A stretch of DNA of 63,869 nucleotides, filler included, from Guillardia theta CCMP2712 (lineage: Eukaryota; Protista; Cryptophyta), in assembly GCF_000315625.1 (NCBI RefSeq). It is 5 parts of 4 records of this genome, joined end to end, with 100 filler letters (N's around TTAATTAATTAA, not from the genome) between each part and the next. Parts side by side here need not be neighbours in the genome. Positions count along the whole stretch, not along the records: positions 48,473 to 61,169 come from NW_005434463.1; positions 61,270 to 63,869 come from NW_005434384.1; 3 more parts are not named here. One strand, written 5' to 3'. Each line of letters opens with the position of its first letter. Within the stretch, counting starts at the first letter, position 1. Below are positions 48,686 through 61,369 of the stretch, piece after piece. Under the pieces are notes generated by a model. The model saw only the letters and a list, made by a program, of their open reading frames with translations. It did not search any database and was not told the DNA's origin. The translations under genes were made by a program, and so were the position numbers.

Positions 48686-50800
48686 GGTTGTAAAGTGATC
48701 ATGGATGTCTCAAGGTCGATGTGTTCGAGGCTGAGCTGATGGAGAAAGTTTCGAAACAGCAGAGGTCAAAGATGAATAGAGTTCAGGTCAGACTTCTCCT
48801 CTCTCCCATCTCCCCCTCCTCTCTGCTACAACCAACTCCTTATCTCTCCTTTCTCTCTCTCTTCTCTCCTCTCTCTCTTCGTCTCTCCTCATCTCTGATT
48901 CTCGCACGGATCGGCAGGTTTGTACGGTGGCGCAGCTGATGACGTCAGAGAATCTTCGCAAGCTCATGGCGATGCAGCAGGCGCGGGGGGTCGAGCGGCA
49001 CACGATGAGTCTCTACGCCATCGACAGCTGCTTCCTCCAGCTCTCGCGCGATAAGACCCTCGCCAAGGGCCAGGACGCGGACCCTGTGGAGCCCGACGAG
49101 CTCGCGCGAGCAGTGGTGGAGTTTCTATCCAACAAGCTGGAGGGGGAGGAGGAGGCGTTCGAAGAGGCGGGCCTGCGGGAGAAGCCGCTGCCTCCTCCTG
49201 ACTCCATCCTTCACGCCAACTTCGAACCTCTGTGGCTCTGCCTCGGCACCCTCGGCCTCCGCCCTCACTCGACCATGTCCCGCGTGCTGCCCGTCATCGT
49301 CCTCCTCCTCCTCCAGAAGGAGAAGCTCAAGATGGCTCAGCTCGACCTCGCTCGCCCTCTCCTTCCTCAAGGAAGCTCCTAAACCAATACAAACCAAACA
49401 CTGCGACTCCTCCTACTCCCTCTCCTCCTTCTCCTCCCTCTAAGACATCTACCAAACCCTCTCCTCTCCTCCTCCCTCTAAGACATCTACCAAACCCTCT
49501 CCTTCTCCTCCCTCTAAGACATCTACCAAACCCTCTCCTCCTCCTCCCTCTAAGACATCTACCAAACCCTCTCCTCCTCCTCCCTCTAAGACATCTACCA
49601 AACCCTCTCCTCCTCCTCCCTCTAAGACATCTACCAAACCCTCTCCTCCTATAACTACTTCTCCTCCTACGACTGCTCATACTCCCTCTCCTACCACTCT
49701 CCCTCTCCTACCACTACCACACTCCTTCCTTCGCAGAAAAAAGAAGTCATTTCTGGTCATTTTCCTGTCTCCTCCCCTTCATCCCCTTGTTCCGTTCATG
49801 CATCCTACCAACTCTTCTATCGACGTTCCTCGACATCGCAAGAGTTCTCCTCCTCCTCCTCCTCCTCCTCGACCTCCTCATTCTCCTTCTCGTCCTCCTC
49901 GACCTTCTTCTCGTTCTCCTGCTCGTTCGCCTCCCCGTCGCTCCTTTCCTGAGCCTCCGCAAGGCTGCTGGGCTTACCTGCCCTCTCAGAGAAGCATGAG
50001 GGTCCAGCAGATGCTCGGCTGGCAGAAGGGTCGCCCTCGCATCCCTCCCTCCTCTCCTGCTTCTCCCTCCTCGTCTCCAACACCCTCCACTCCTCCCGCC
50101 ATGCCCCTCCCTCGTCCGGCGTCTGTCGCCTTCCCGCTGCGATGGTCGTGGGGGGGAGGACAGGAGGAGCTGATGGAGGTGAAGATCGAGCCGGACACGG
50201 GGAGAATGACGAGCTCTGTGAAGCGAAGAGGTTGAAGAGGAGAGGAAAGAGAAGCGCGAGGAGGGGAGGGGGGGAGAGAACGAGGGTGAGAGGGGAATGA
50301 CTGCTTGAGCAGAGAGGTATGGTATCAGGCGGGAGAGGATGAAGGAGGAGCGCGTGTCCATGGCAGAGATCCTGGAGGAAGAGCTTCGGAGAAGAGGAAG
50401 ACTTCCAGCGGTTTCCCAGCTCCCCTCCAGCTCGTCCGATGTCCCTGCTCTGAGCATTCGAGCCGGCCCGCAGGAAGAGAAGGAGAGGAGAGGAGAGGAG
50501 GGGGACGTGACTTATGAGCAGGGACGAGAACAACGGACGCGCTCTCGTCGAGGAGGGACAGGAGGGAGCAAGGAGAGGAGGCGAGGAGGAGCGTGGGGGG
50601 GAAGGGGAGGGAGGGGGGAGGAGGGAGAGGGAGTTGGAGCATGTAGGCAGGTAGTAGGACCTACCTCAACCCGCTGCTCGCTGACCTGATGGCAGACCGA
50701 GCATGTCTGCTGCCATCCTCGGACTCGGATTGACACGCAAGGAAAGGCAGCAGCAGCGGTTAGCGAGCTCTAGCGGCGAGTTGATGCAACCGTTGAAAGC
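48473..50800 (+). CDS. Hypothetical multi-exon protein, no family recognised
   Basis: High-GC3 exons (e.g. 48918-49370, 49964-50029, 50164-50231) between pyrimidine-rich introns. Confidence 0.5.
49433..49650 (+). repeat. ~36-bp tandem repeat (cctccctctaagacatctaccaaaccctctcctcct) x ~6
   Basis: Direct observation. Confidence 0.9.
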
Positions 50801-51873
50801 CGGTTATGCTCTTGCTAACCTCTTTCCTCCCTCTTCCCATGCACCATCTCCTCCTCCTCCTCCTCCTCCTCCTCCTCCTCCTCCTACTCCTCCTACNNNN
50901 NNNNNNNNNNNNNNNNNNNNNNNNNNNNNNNNNNNNNNNNNNNNNNNNNNNNNNNNNNNNNNNNNNNNNNNNNNNNNNNNNNNNNNNNNNNNNNNNNNNN
51001 NNNNNNNNNNNNNNNNNNNNNNNNNNNNNNNNNNNNNNNNNNNNNNNNNNNNNNNNNNNNNNNNNNNNNNNNNNNNNNNNNNNNNNNNNNNNNNNNNNNN
51101 NNNNNNNNNNNNNNNNNNNNNNNNNNNNNNNNNNNNNNNNNNNNNNNNNNNNNNNNNNNNNNNNNNNNNNNNNNNNNNNNNNNNNNNNNNNNNNNNNNNN
51201 NNNNNNNNNNNNNNNNNNNNNNNNNNNNNNNNNNNNNNNNNNNNNNNNNNNNNNNNNNNNNNNNNNNNNNNNNNNNNNNNNNNNNNNNNNNNNNNNNNNN
51301 NNNNNNNNNNNNNNNNNNNNNNNNNNNNNNNNNNNNNNNNNNNNNNNNNNNNNNNNNNNNNNNNNNNNNNNNNNNNNNNNNNNNNNNNNNNNNNNNNNNN
51401 NNNNNNNNNNNNNNNNNNNNNNNNNNNNNNNNNNNNNNNNNNNNNNNNNNNNNNNNNNNNNNNNNNNNNNNNNNNNNNNNNNNNNNNNNNNNNNNNNNNN
51501 NNNNNNNNNNNNNNNNNNNNNNNNNNNNNNNNNNNNNNNNNNNNNNNNNNNNNNNNNNNNNNNNNNNNNNNNNNNNNCTCCTTTACTTTTCTTTCTTCAT
51601 ATCTTTCTCTTACTCTTGTGCAACTGAACCTCACTTTCTCCAGCTGGCCTGGTCTATGGGAATGAATGCGATATTCATCCTCCCGCTGCTTTTCGTCCAG
51701 CACGTCGACGTATGAGCACGAGCAAGCAGCGGCTGGAGGAGGAGGGGGGAGTGACGTTGCCTGCTCGTCCTCACACGGTCAGCAAGGGAGGGGAAAGCGA
51801 AAGACAAGGACAAGCAGATTCTGACAGCAGGACCGGCAGCAGCAGCACGCAGCAGCAGCAGCAGCAGAAGCAG

Positions 51874-52006
<133 letters not shown>

Positions 52007-52259
52007 TGATAGATCGGCAGGTGCTCGGACTGGTTATCGGCTGCTCTCCCTGTAGGATACATGACCCGCGCGTGTCTCCTCGGCTGCCTCGTCCTCTCTC
52101 GAGTCTCAGCCAGGAGGAGGTGGACGGAAGGAGAGCGACGAGATTCATCGTCGCGATCCCTCAGGTGGAGGAGAAGGACGAGGAGGCGGGAGGAGCAGAG
52201 GAGGAGGGCCAGTGACCGAGGCAAGGACAAGAGCGGCGCAAACACACAAAGCACAAGAC

Positions 52260-52785
52260 CCTTGTTGCTGTGTGCTCTATGCCTGACGGTTTTGCTTATT
52301 CCTGCCCTGTCGGCCATTCGTCGAGGAGGCAGATTTATTCCCCTCTCCAAGGGAGCTGATAAACCTGGCCTCCGGCCCATTGTCATCGTGTCCGCACACC
52401 GTCGACTCGCGACGAAGCTTGCGTTGGCAGGGATTCGCTCATTTCTTGACCAGCACTTCCTCTCGTCTCACCCTCGAGCGATTCAGTTCGGACTCGATCA
52501 AGACGGCTGTTTGAAGTTCTCGCAAACCGCGTCAGCGCTCCTGCCTCTTCATGCTCGCGGTGATGAGGAGGACGTCGCGAACCCCACAGTGCTGGTGAGT
52601 TTGGATGCAAAGAACGCCTTCAACTCCCTCGACCGCCAGGCTCTCTTCGACACAATCGAGGAACGTGCGAGTCGCGACTACTTTGATGGGCGCATCAATG
52701 AAGGCGCAAGCTTGCCCTCTTGCGAGCCTCTCCGTTTGTTCGCCTCCTACCTCTCCAGCTACTATGGAGACTCTGCTGAGCTTTG
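52260..52785 (+). mobile_element. Reverse transcriptase fragment of a CRE/SLACS-like non-LTR retrotransposon
   Basis: FIPLSK..GLRPIVI..HRRL, QFG, LVSLDAKNAFNSLDR (RT domains 1-3); ends before YxDD. Confidence 0.85.
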
Positions 52786-55700
52786 CGGCGGCGGCGGACG
52801 TCTCGACTGACAGTGGTCAGTCGGATGCCTCCGGGTATCGCGTCTAAGGGAGTTTCATCTCGGACGTCCCCTCCTGCTGCTTGTTGCTTGACCCTTCGGC
52901 TGCTTGTCTGCGCGGCTTCGCGCGTGGGCTGGCGGCAGTGCTGGTTCTTTTTGTGTCTTGTGTTTTGTGTGTGATTGTGCAGCTTCTCGCTGTGCGCTGT
53001 GTGCATGCAGGTTTAGCTTGTTCCTTCTTTCTTTTGCTTGAGGCACTTTTTCCCTTATGCGAGAACAGCTCTATAGGTGTTCTGCTTGAGGCACTTTTTA
53101 CCTTATGCGATCAAAACTCTAAAGGTGTTCCTGCTTTGTTCTGCTTGAGGCACTTTTTACCTTCTGTGAGTAAACCGGGCTTGTTCTGCTTGAGGCACTT
53201 TTTACCTTATGCGAGTAAAACTCAGACCCAATGTAGCCTTCTACGAGTAAACCTCATAGAAGAATGTAGGTTTGGACCAACGTCACATCCGCCATCAAGT
53301 CCGAGCTCGCCTGCTTCCTCCCCGGCATCGGTCGGGTCCCGCCGGTCCTTGGGCATTGCTGCGGCGTCGCCGCCGTCACGGGCGGTGTTCAATCTCGGCT
53401 ACCGCTGACTCGGAGGTTAGCGAGGAAGACTACCTCGAGCGGTACCGTGTTCCTGCTTTGTTTTGCTTGAGGCACTTTTTACCTTCTGCCAGTAAATCTT
53501 CTCCTTCCAGCAGCCGAAGGGTCAAGCAATCAAGCAACAAGCAGCAGGAGCATGCAGGACTCGGAATAAAATCCCGGGCCTTAGACGCGATACCCGGAGG
53601 CAGCCGACTGACCCGGCACTGTCAATCGAGACGTCCGCTGCCGCCACAAAGCTGGCGGTCGCGGACGGAGAAAGGGCAGCCGCCGACAAGGAGCCGGCGT
53701 TGCCCGGGGGTCCGCCGGGGGCAGCGGACGGAGGGAGGCTGGACTGGACACAGGAACACGGTACCGCTCGAGGTAGTCCTCCTAGCCTCCGAGTCAATGC
53801 CCAAGGACCGGCGCAAGCACCCCAGTTGTGCAGCTTCTCGCTGTGCGCTGTGTGCCGATGCGAGTCTCGAGCTACTACCCCCTCAAGGCCTTCCCGCACC
53901 GCTATGCTCAGATGCTCGACTGCTATCTCCATGGCATGCCGATCTGCCAGTGTCCGACGGAATGTGATGGATGTCAGCGCGAGCTCGACCCCTCCGTTGC
54001 TGCGCATCATCTCCAGACCTGCAAACGCCGATCCTCCAAGCTTCCCACGGCGCATGACAACCTTACTCGTACGCCGGTCGATGCTGAACCAAGCTGGTCT
54101 TCAGCGCGTCATCGATACAGTCGGGGATCCTCGGTCTCGACGAAAGGTATCCTCCCATCCTCATGGCCGCAAGATGAAGGGCGATATCCACATCCCTGGA
54201 ATCCGCGATCGAGGGTCCGAGCAGTACGAGGGCTTGATGGCGGACGTGACGTTGGTCCACCCTTACATTGGTACTACGGATTTACTGGCAGAAGGTAAAA
54301 NNNNNNNNNNNNNNNNNNNNNNNNNNNNNNNNNNNNNNNNNNNNNNNNNNNNNNNNNNNNNNNNNNNNNNNNNNNNNNNNNNNNNNNNNNNNNNNNNNNN
54401 AACCTCCAGGCACACAGCGCACAGCGAGAAGCTGCACAATCACACACAAAACACAAGCCCGAAACGAACAGCACTGCTGGCACCCAGACGCGGCATCGCC
54501 AGCCCAAGCGCGAAGCCGCGCAGACAAGCAGCCTAAGGGTCAAGCAATCAAGCAACAAGCAGGAGCATGCAGGAGGAATAAAATCCCTTAGACGCGATAC
54601 CCGGAGGCAGCCGACTGACCACTGTCTGGTAGCTTATCAGCGCCTCACCATGCAGCTGACGCTGGAGGCGCTCTTGTCTGGTGCGAGGCGCATGACGCCC
54701 TTGCCCGCGGCGGGCGCAAGCACTTCTCGAGCCAGAGGGAGCTCCTCCTCGGACTTTGTCGAGTCGCCCGAGGAGGAGTCTTCGCCGGAGGTCTCCGACT
54801 CCGATGGGGGAAACACGTCGAGTGGCGCCGACGACCGGCGCGGAGCTGGCGAGGCGTCTCCGTCCCTCACTGTGACGTCGGGTGCCTCCGGAGAGCTCGA
54901 CACCACTTTTTTTTTTTTTTTGCCGTGAACACGGATTTACTGGCAGAAGGTAAAAAGTGCGGCCTCAAGCAAAACAAAGCAGGAACAAGCTAAACCTCCT
55001 GGAGAGTGGCTCAGGTCTCGCTCAGGAAAATGAGCGAAGATGGTAGACTGCAAGACCCTATCCTGCGACTTGAGCGAGTACGTCCTTCGGCTGTGCAAGG
55101 TGAGGATATCACGCTGCTGATCGGTCAGCGCAGCGCGAGCATGCACATGGCGAGGGAAGACGCGCATGACAAGAGGGGTCACATTGCGCTGCGCAGGCGG
55201 AGCAATAAAGTGCTCATGAGACGAGTCGACTAGAGCGCGCACTGCAAACCAGGGATGTGTACCACAGATGCCGGGGGGCGTCCTGCGTCATCAGGCATAG
55301 CAGCCGGGGCAGGTGGGATCGCCGCGCCATCTGCAGCTGGTGCAGGAGCCCTCACACGACGGTAGAGGATCGCTCCAGCATTATGAACGAAGTCGTGCGC
55401 CTCAACGAAGAAGGTCGCCAGAGGATATTTCTGGGCACGGAGAATACGGAATTACTGGCAGAAGAGATCTCGAGCAGTGAACGTCCAGGCTATGAGGAGA
55501 GGGCAACGTCCGGGACATTACCAAGCGAGGAAGCGAGCGATAGCCGTATAGCAAACAGGTCTACGGTTACTAAACAGCTGGGTGTAGACCCTCAGAGGGC
55601 GTGAGTCAAGCAACAGTCGGTAGGAGGTTTAACAAGCAGCAGGAGCATGGGGACCTCCGAGATGAAACTCCCTTAGACGCGATACCTTGTTCCTGCTTTG

Positions 55701-56236
55701 GTTTGCTTGAGGCACTTTTTACCTTCTGCCAGTAAATCCTATGCTCCCTGGAGGCTTACGACGTCCGGCTCCTACGGATTTACTGGCAGAAGGCGGGCGA
55801 CGTCCGCGACCGCCAGCTTTGTGGCGGCAGCGGACGTCTCGACTGACAGTGGTCAGTCGGAACAAGCTAAACCTCCTACACAAAACACAAGCCCGAAAAG
55901 AACCAGCACTGCTGGCAACCAGACGCGGCATCGCCAGCCCAAGCGCGAAGCCGCGCAGACAAGCAGCCTAAGGGTCAAGCAATCAAGCAACAAGCAGCAG
56001 GAGCATGCAGGAGGAATAAAATCCCTTAGACGCGATACCCGGAGGCAGCCGACTGACCACTGTCAGTCGAGACGTCCGCTGCCGCCACAAAGCGGGCGGC
56101 CGCGGACGGAGAAAGGGCAGCCGCCGACAAGGAGCCGGCGTTGCCCGGGGGTCCGCCTGGGGCAGCGGACGGAGGGAGGCTGGACACAGGAACACGGTAC
56201 CGCTCGAGGTAGTCCTCCTCGCTAGCCTCCGAGTCA
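52780..56236. mobile_element. Scrambled nest of 3' fragments of the same retrotransposon in both orientations
   Basis: Repeated ..DSGQSAASGYRV* ends, 3' UTR pieces, an RLE fragment at 53860-54271 and a poly(A)-tailed end on the minus strand at 54907-55000. Confidence 0.85.
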
Positions 56237-57340
56237 GCTATGCTCAGATGCTCGACTGCTATCTCCATGGCATGCCGATCTGCCAGTGTCCGACGGAATG
56301 TGATGGATGTCAGCGCGAGCTCGACCCCTCCGTTGCTGCACATCATCTCCAGACCTGCAAACGCCGATCCTCCAAGCTTCCCACGGCGCATGACAACCTT
56401 ACTCGTACGATTCGGTCGATGCTGAACGAAGCTGGTCTTCAGAGCGTCATCGATACAGTGGGGGATCCTCGTTCTCGACGGCAGGTACCCTCCCATCCTC
56501 ATGGCCGCAAGATGAAGGGCGATATCCACATTCCTGGAATCCGCGATCGAGGGTCCGAGCAGTACGAGGGCTTGATGGCGGACGTGACGTTGGTCCACCC
56601 TTACATTGGTAGCTCTGCCGACCTGACCAAGTGGGGGGAGGTCAACCTCGACGCCCTCCATGTTGCAGCGTCTGAGAAGATTCGCAAACATCGCGCTGCA
56701 TATGCCATGACTACTCCTCCTCGAGCGTTCATCCCTCTTGCCATCTCGACGGACGGTACCCTGCATCCTGACACCCTCCGCTTCATCTGGTATCTCGCGG
56801 ACATCATTGCTCAGCGCTCAATGCCTCTTAAGGATGCGGCGTTTGGTCGGCACTTCGTGCCTGAGCTGAGGTCTTGGCTCGCAAACGCGCCGCCACCTAT
56901 CAGCGCCTCACCATGCAGCTGACGCTGGAAGCGCTCTTGGCAGAGTCTGGTGCGAGGCGCATGACGCCCTTGCGGGCGCAAGCACTTCTCGAGCCAGAGG
57001 ACAGCTCCTCCTCGGACTTTGTCGAGTCGCCCGAGGGGGAGTCTTCGCCGGAGGTCTCCGACTCCGATGGGGGACACCCTTCGAGTGGCCCCGACGATCG
57101 GCGCGGAGCTGGCGAGGCGTCTCCGTCCCTCACTGTGACGTCGGGTGCCTCCGGAGAGCTCGACACCACTGGGGTGCTTGCTGCTGGTCCGAGCTCGCCT
57201 GCTTCCTCCCCGGCATCAATCGGGTCACGCCGGTCCTTGGGCATTGCCGCGGCGTCGCCGCCGTCACGGGCGGTGTTGGTTTCGGCTACCGCTGACTCGG
57301 AGGCTAGCGAGGAGGACTACCTCGAGCGGTACCGTGTTCC
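56237..57340 (+). mobile_element. Restriction-like endonuclease (RLE) domain plus low-complexity C-terminal extension of the CRE-like element
   Basis: CDGC..HHLQTC zinc knuckle, AHDNL, KGDI, ADVTLVHP, EKIRKH, FIPLAISTDG; frameshift near 56870. Confidence 0.88.
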
Positions 57341-59311
57341 ATTCTGTAGGATTTCGCCCAGGAAAAACCAAGGAAAAGTGGCTTTTTGTCAGTTCTCGAT
57401 CTCCCAGTACCGGTTATGACTAATGACCCGGTGGTTTCCCCTGAATATGGGGGTGGTGGTACCTGGATTGTTTGAGAGGGGTCGTTGAATTAGTTTTTAA
57501 TACAGCGTGTTTTTGTTCAAATATCTCATAGCTATTTTTGTATGAGTCAGTTAGACATTTGTATTATTTTCGTTTTATTTATTTTTATATATATAAACAC
57601 ATACATGATGTTTACATATTGTTACCAGGAACTTCCAATCCCGTACAGAATGTCACAACATACCGGTACTGCTTACCCCAAAATCTATGTGGGGTGGGTG
57701 GAAATCGTCCCACCGCAGCCAAAGAGGATTCATGTTTGGAATGGCATCATTCTACCACAGAGCATGAGATTGTGATGATTGAGCAGGGTCTCTCGAGATC
57801 CCAAGCATTCTCTTTCTACAAGCAACACTGCATGGCAAGCAAGGATGCGAATTTCACCGTCAATGGGGCTTTGGCATGTTACATGCGGGGAGCAACACAA
57901 CACAAGGCGTTGTCGTCATGTGTTTGTCTAGGATAAATCGTATCCTCCTCATGTTTGGAAAGTTTTGAATAGCCTTGAAGATTTTCCTGCAGATGAGCCG
58001 CCCAGTCATATTTACCTTCTCAACCCCTATGAAGCACATTCTGAGGTTTACACAGGATTTCTGTCAGAACCTGCAACAGTTAACATGGACACATGCAAAC
58101 GTATGAAGAAGCATGGACACATGTAAATGTATGAAGAGGATGTTGCTTCTTCGAAGATGGTATGGAAAGACTCATGACAATGAAGAAAGTTTGGGCCAGG
58201 AAAAATTTGAGGAAATTTCCCAAATGCGTTAAGCTTTCCTCATAGCTGCATTGTACCATCAATCAGATGTAGGTAGCCTCATTTTAAATGTTCTAGGCAG
58301 GTGCGAAGCGGATGTTCTCCTATAAAATTTATGGTCTACGATACTGATTCATGCAACACTTGTGATTTTCTGATCGTAATAATCAGATTGTCAGAGTGTG
58401 TTTCCATATGTTAGATAACCTTCTCCACTCAATATGGTAGATTGAATTTGAGCTTAGTGATAGTTTACTAAACCAAAGTTGAGGGTCCTCTCAAATAAAG
58501 CTTGGTTTAACATCTCTGCGTCTGAGCAGCAAGTGTGCTGCTTTTCGCTGCAAGTCAGATGTCAAGCTTTGCATCAACAATAATTTTCTGCGACAGAGCA
58601 ATTATTCATTTGAATCTAGGAATATATATGTCAAAATCAAGCCTGCATGCTTTTCTTGCTGGAATTCTATCTGAAAGTCTCTTGAGAAGCTAGTCATCTC
58701 TGCAGAGTATCTGTGAACTCTCCAGCGCGCAGTGTTGTAACAAGGGAAGTGAAACACGGGAGATTATCCGTTTGAATGCTCTCACAACGATCATTGGGCT
58801 GCATGGCTTCCAGATATCTGCGATACCTTCTGTGTCATTGTCTCTCTCAACTGCTTCTCATCCAATGGTCCACATCAGCAAAGGACAAGGAGGCAGCAAA
58901 ATAAAATATTTTGGAGGAAAACTCTCATTGAAAAACTCAAAGCACATGTGTAAGCTTCCGAATCACACATCCGTCGCAAGCCTTCAAGCACACATGCATG
59001 TTGGGCTTCTGATTCACCTGTGTCATTGTCGCTCTCAACTGCTTCTCATCCAATGGTCCACATCAGCAGATGGTTTGCATCGATGCCAGCATCAGGGAAG
59101 GGGTAAAGGACAAGGAGGCAGCAAAATAAATTATTTTTCATTTTGTACTGTTATCGACATATAAAAATTATTCTAAGGAACATTTCAAATCAATTTCGTA
59201 AGGTCTCAAATTACCTGGTACAAATAACTGAAATCACTAAACCACCCCTCGATTCCCAGGGACTACCCTACAAGATACCGTATATACCTACCTGCCCAAA
59301 ATCCTACAGAA

Positions 59312-60150
59312 TGTTCCTGTGTCCAGCCTCCCTCCGTCCGCTGCCCCAGGCGGACCCCCGGGCAACGCCGGCTCCTTGTCGGCGGCTGCCCTTTCTCCGT
59401 CCGCGGCCGCCCGCTTTGTGGCGGCAGCGGACGTCTCCGACTGACAGTGGTCAGTCGGCTGCCTCCGGGTATCGCGTCTAAGGGATTTTATTCCTCCTGC
59501 ATGCTCCTGCTGCTTGTTGCTTGATTGCTTGACCCTTAGGCTGCTTGTCGGTACGGTCTGCGCGGCTTCGCGCTTGGGCTGGCGCTGCCGCGTCTGGGTG
59601 CCAGCAGTGCTGGTTCTTTTCGGGCTTGTGTTTTGTGTGTGATTGTGCAGCTTCTCGCTGTGGACTGTGTGCCTGCCGGTTCAGCTTGTTCATGCTTTGT
59701 TTTGCTTGAGGCACTTTTTACCTTCTGCCAGTAAATCCTATGACCTGGGCCACTCGAAGGGTGTCCCCCATCGGAGTCGGAGACCTCCGGCGAAGACTCC
59801 TCGGGCGACTCGACAAAGTCCGAGGAGGAGCTGTCCTCTGGCTCGAGAAGTGCTAGTGGTCAGTCGGCTGCCTCCGGGTATCGCGGCTAAGGGATTTTAT
59901 TCCTCCTGCATGCTCCTGCTGCTTGTTGCTTGCTTGCTTGACCCTTAGGCTGCTTGTCTGCGCGGCTTCGCGCTTGGGCTGGCGCTGCCGCGTCTGGGTG
60001 CCAGCAGTGCTGGTTCTTTTCGGGCTTGTGTTTTGTGTGTGATTGTGCCGCTTCTCGCTGTGGACTGTGTGCCTGCCGGTTCAGCTTGTTCCGAGTTCCT
60101 GCTTTGTTTTGCTTGAGGCACTTTTTACCTTCTGCCAGTAAATCCTATGT
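59312..60150 (+). mobile_element. Two further 3'-end copies of the CRE-like element separated by an inverted internal fragment (~59750-59853)
   Basis: Match to ORF end and 3' UTR, ending ...ttctgccagtaaatcctatg. Confidence 0.85.
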
Positions 60151-61369
60151 CAAGCCCTCGTACCGTATATTGGGATTCAGGGGGCTGCACCGGTATATGA
60201 AATTCCAGGATTACTGATTAGCGCTTTCAATGACCGGTACTTTTGACTGCTCATATACGGGTACTTACCCTCGCACAGAAGCACCCTTTTACCCCCATTA
60301 TCATCTAGTAATAGGGGGTGGGGTATTTGAATTGTCATGGGCGGTAACCTTCAAGACCACCCCACTCCCCTCGAAACTTTTAACAGACGACATGTTTTAA
60401 GGCTGCGAAAACGTTTTAGAAGGATACGGATAATCATAAAATAAATATAAATTGGAAACACAGTAGAAAAGACTTAGAAATTCAATACTAAGGTTCGAAA
60501 ATATTTTGTGCCTGATTCAAATTCATTGTGTACTGTGTTTCTGGGTTTAGTACAAGAATGAAGTCACCGGGTCCTTTTCTGCTAGTGCTTTCACAAATAG
60601 GGGGTAGGGTAGTCCCCCCTGTTCCCCACCCATCCCTATTTCAGGGATTTGAATTTTTTCCACAGGCCAGTCGCCACGGCACAAGTTGAGAGACATGTCA
60701 GTGGGATCTTGAAATTTGGCCTGGCATTTTGAACATTAAAACATTGATTAACCATGTCAGGACCAAATCTATCAAATCCGTCATCCCCACCTTTGCAAGG
60801 AAGTTCGTGCAGACGTCGCAAACAAACGATCACCCTGGAAGACGATGAATTGCTCACCTGGGAGTCTCTGGCAAGTCGAGCGGGCTTCCTCTATAAACAA
60901 GGAAAATGGCAAGGACAACCTAATGTCAATGCTTGCCTGAAGGCCATAGGTTTGAAAAGAGATTATTTGTATAATTCAAATCTTTGTAACACCTGAGATG
61001 CAGGTAGATCTCCTGAGTTGTTGCTTCGAATCTTACAAGAGTATGAGGAGCAGAGAGGTTTTAGTCATCATGTGGATGAAGCCATACGCGAAGGGATTAT
61101 TTCCGACTCTGATGAACCAATTCCGGCTTGTTACGATTCTATCAAAGATCCAAATCTCGGTGTGTTCTTNNNNNNNNNNNNNNNNNNNNNNNNNNNNNNN
61201 NNNNNNNNNNNNNTTAATTAATTAANNNNNNNNNNNNNNNNNNNNNNNNNNNNNNNNNNNNNNNNNNNNGGCGCTGTCCTCCTCCTCCTCCTCCTCCTCC
61301 TCCTCCTCCTCCTCCCTTGTCCCTCCTCCTCTCCCTCCTCCTTGTGTCTGGGCTGTTCCTGCTCGCTGC

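Noticed and set aside
50703-51703. ORFs of 273-320 aa
   Set aside because: They consist almost entirely of N-gap.
54931-54990. ACGGATTTACTGGCAGAAG|GTAAAAAG as a spliced-leader RNA gene targeted by a SLACS-like element
   Set aside because: It has an AG|GT in a stem, but on the other strand it is contiguous with the element's 3' UTR and precedes its poly(A). No Sm-site was seen. A search of transcript 5' ends would settle it.
57540-59160. AT-rich stretch as a possible transposase or Fanzor/TnpB gene (also 60750-61170)
   Set aside because: Only short broken ORFs; no RuvC, DDE or zinc-finger motif could be recognised.
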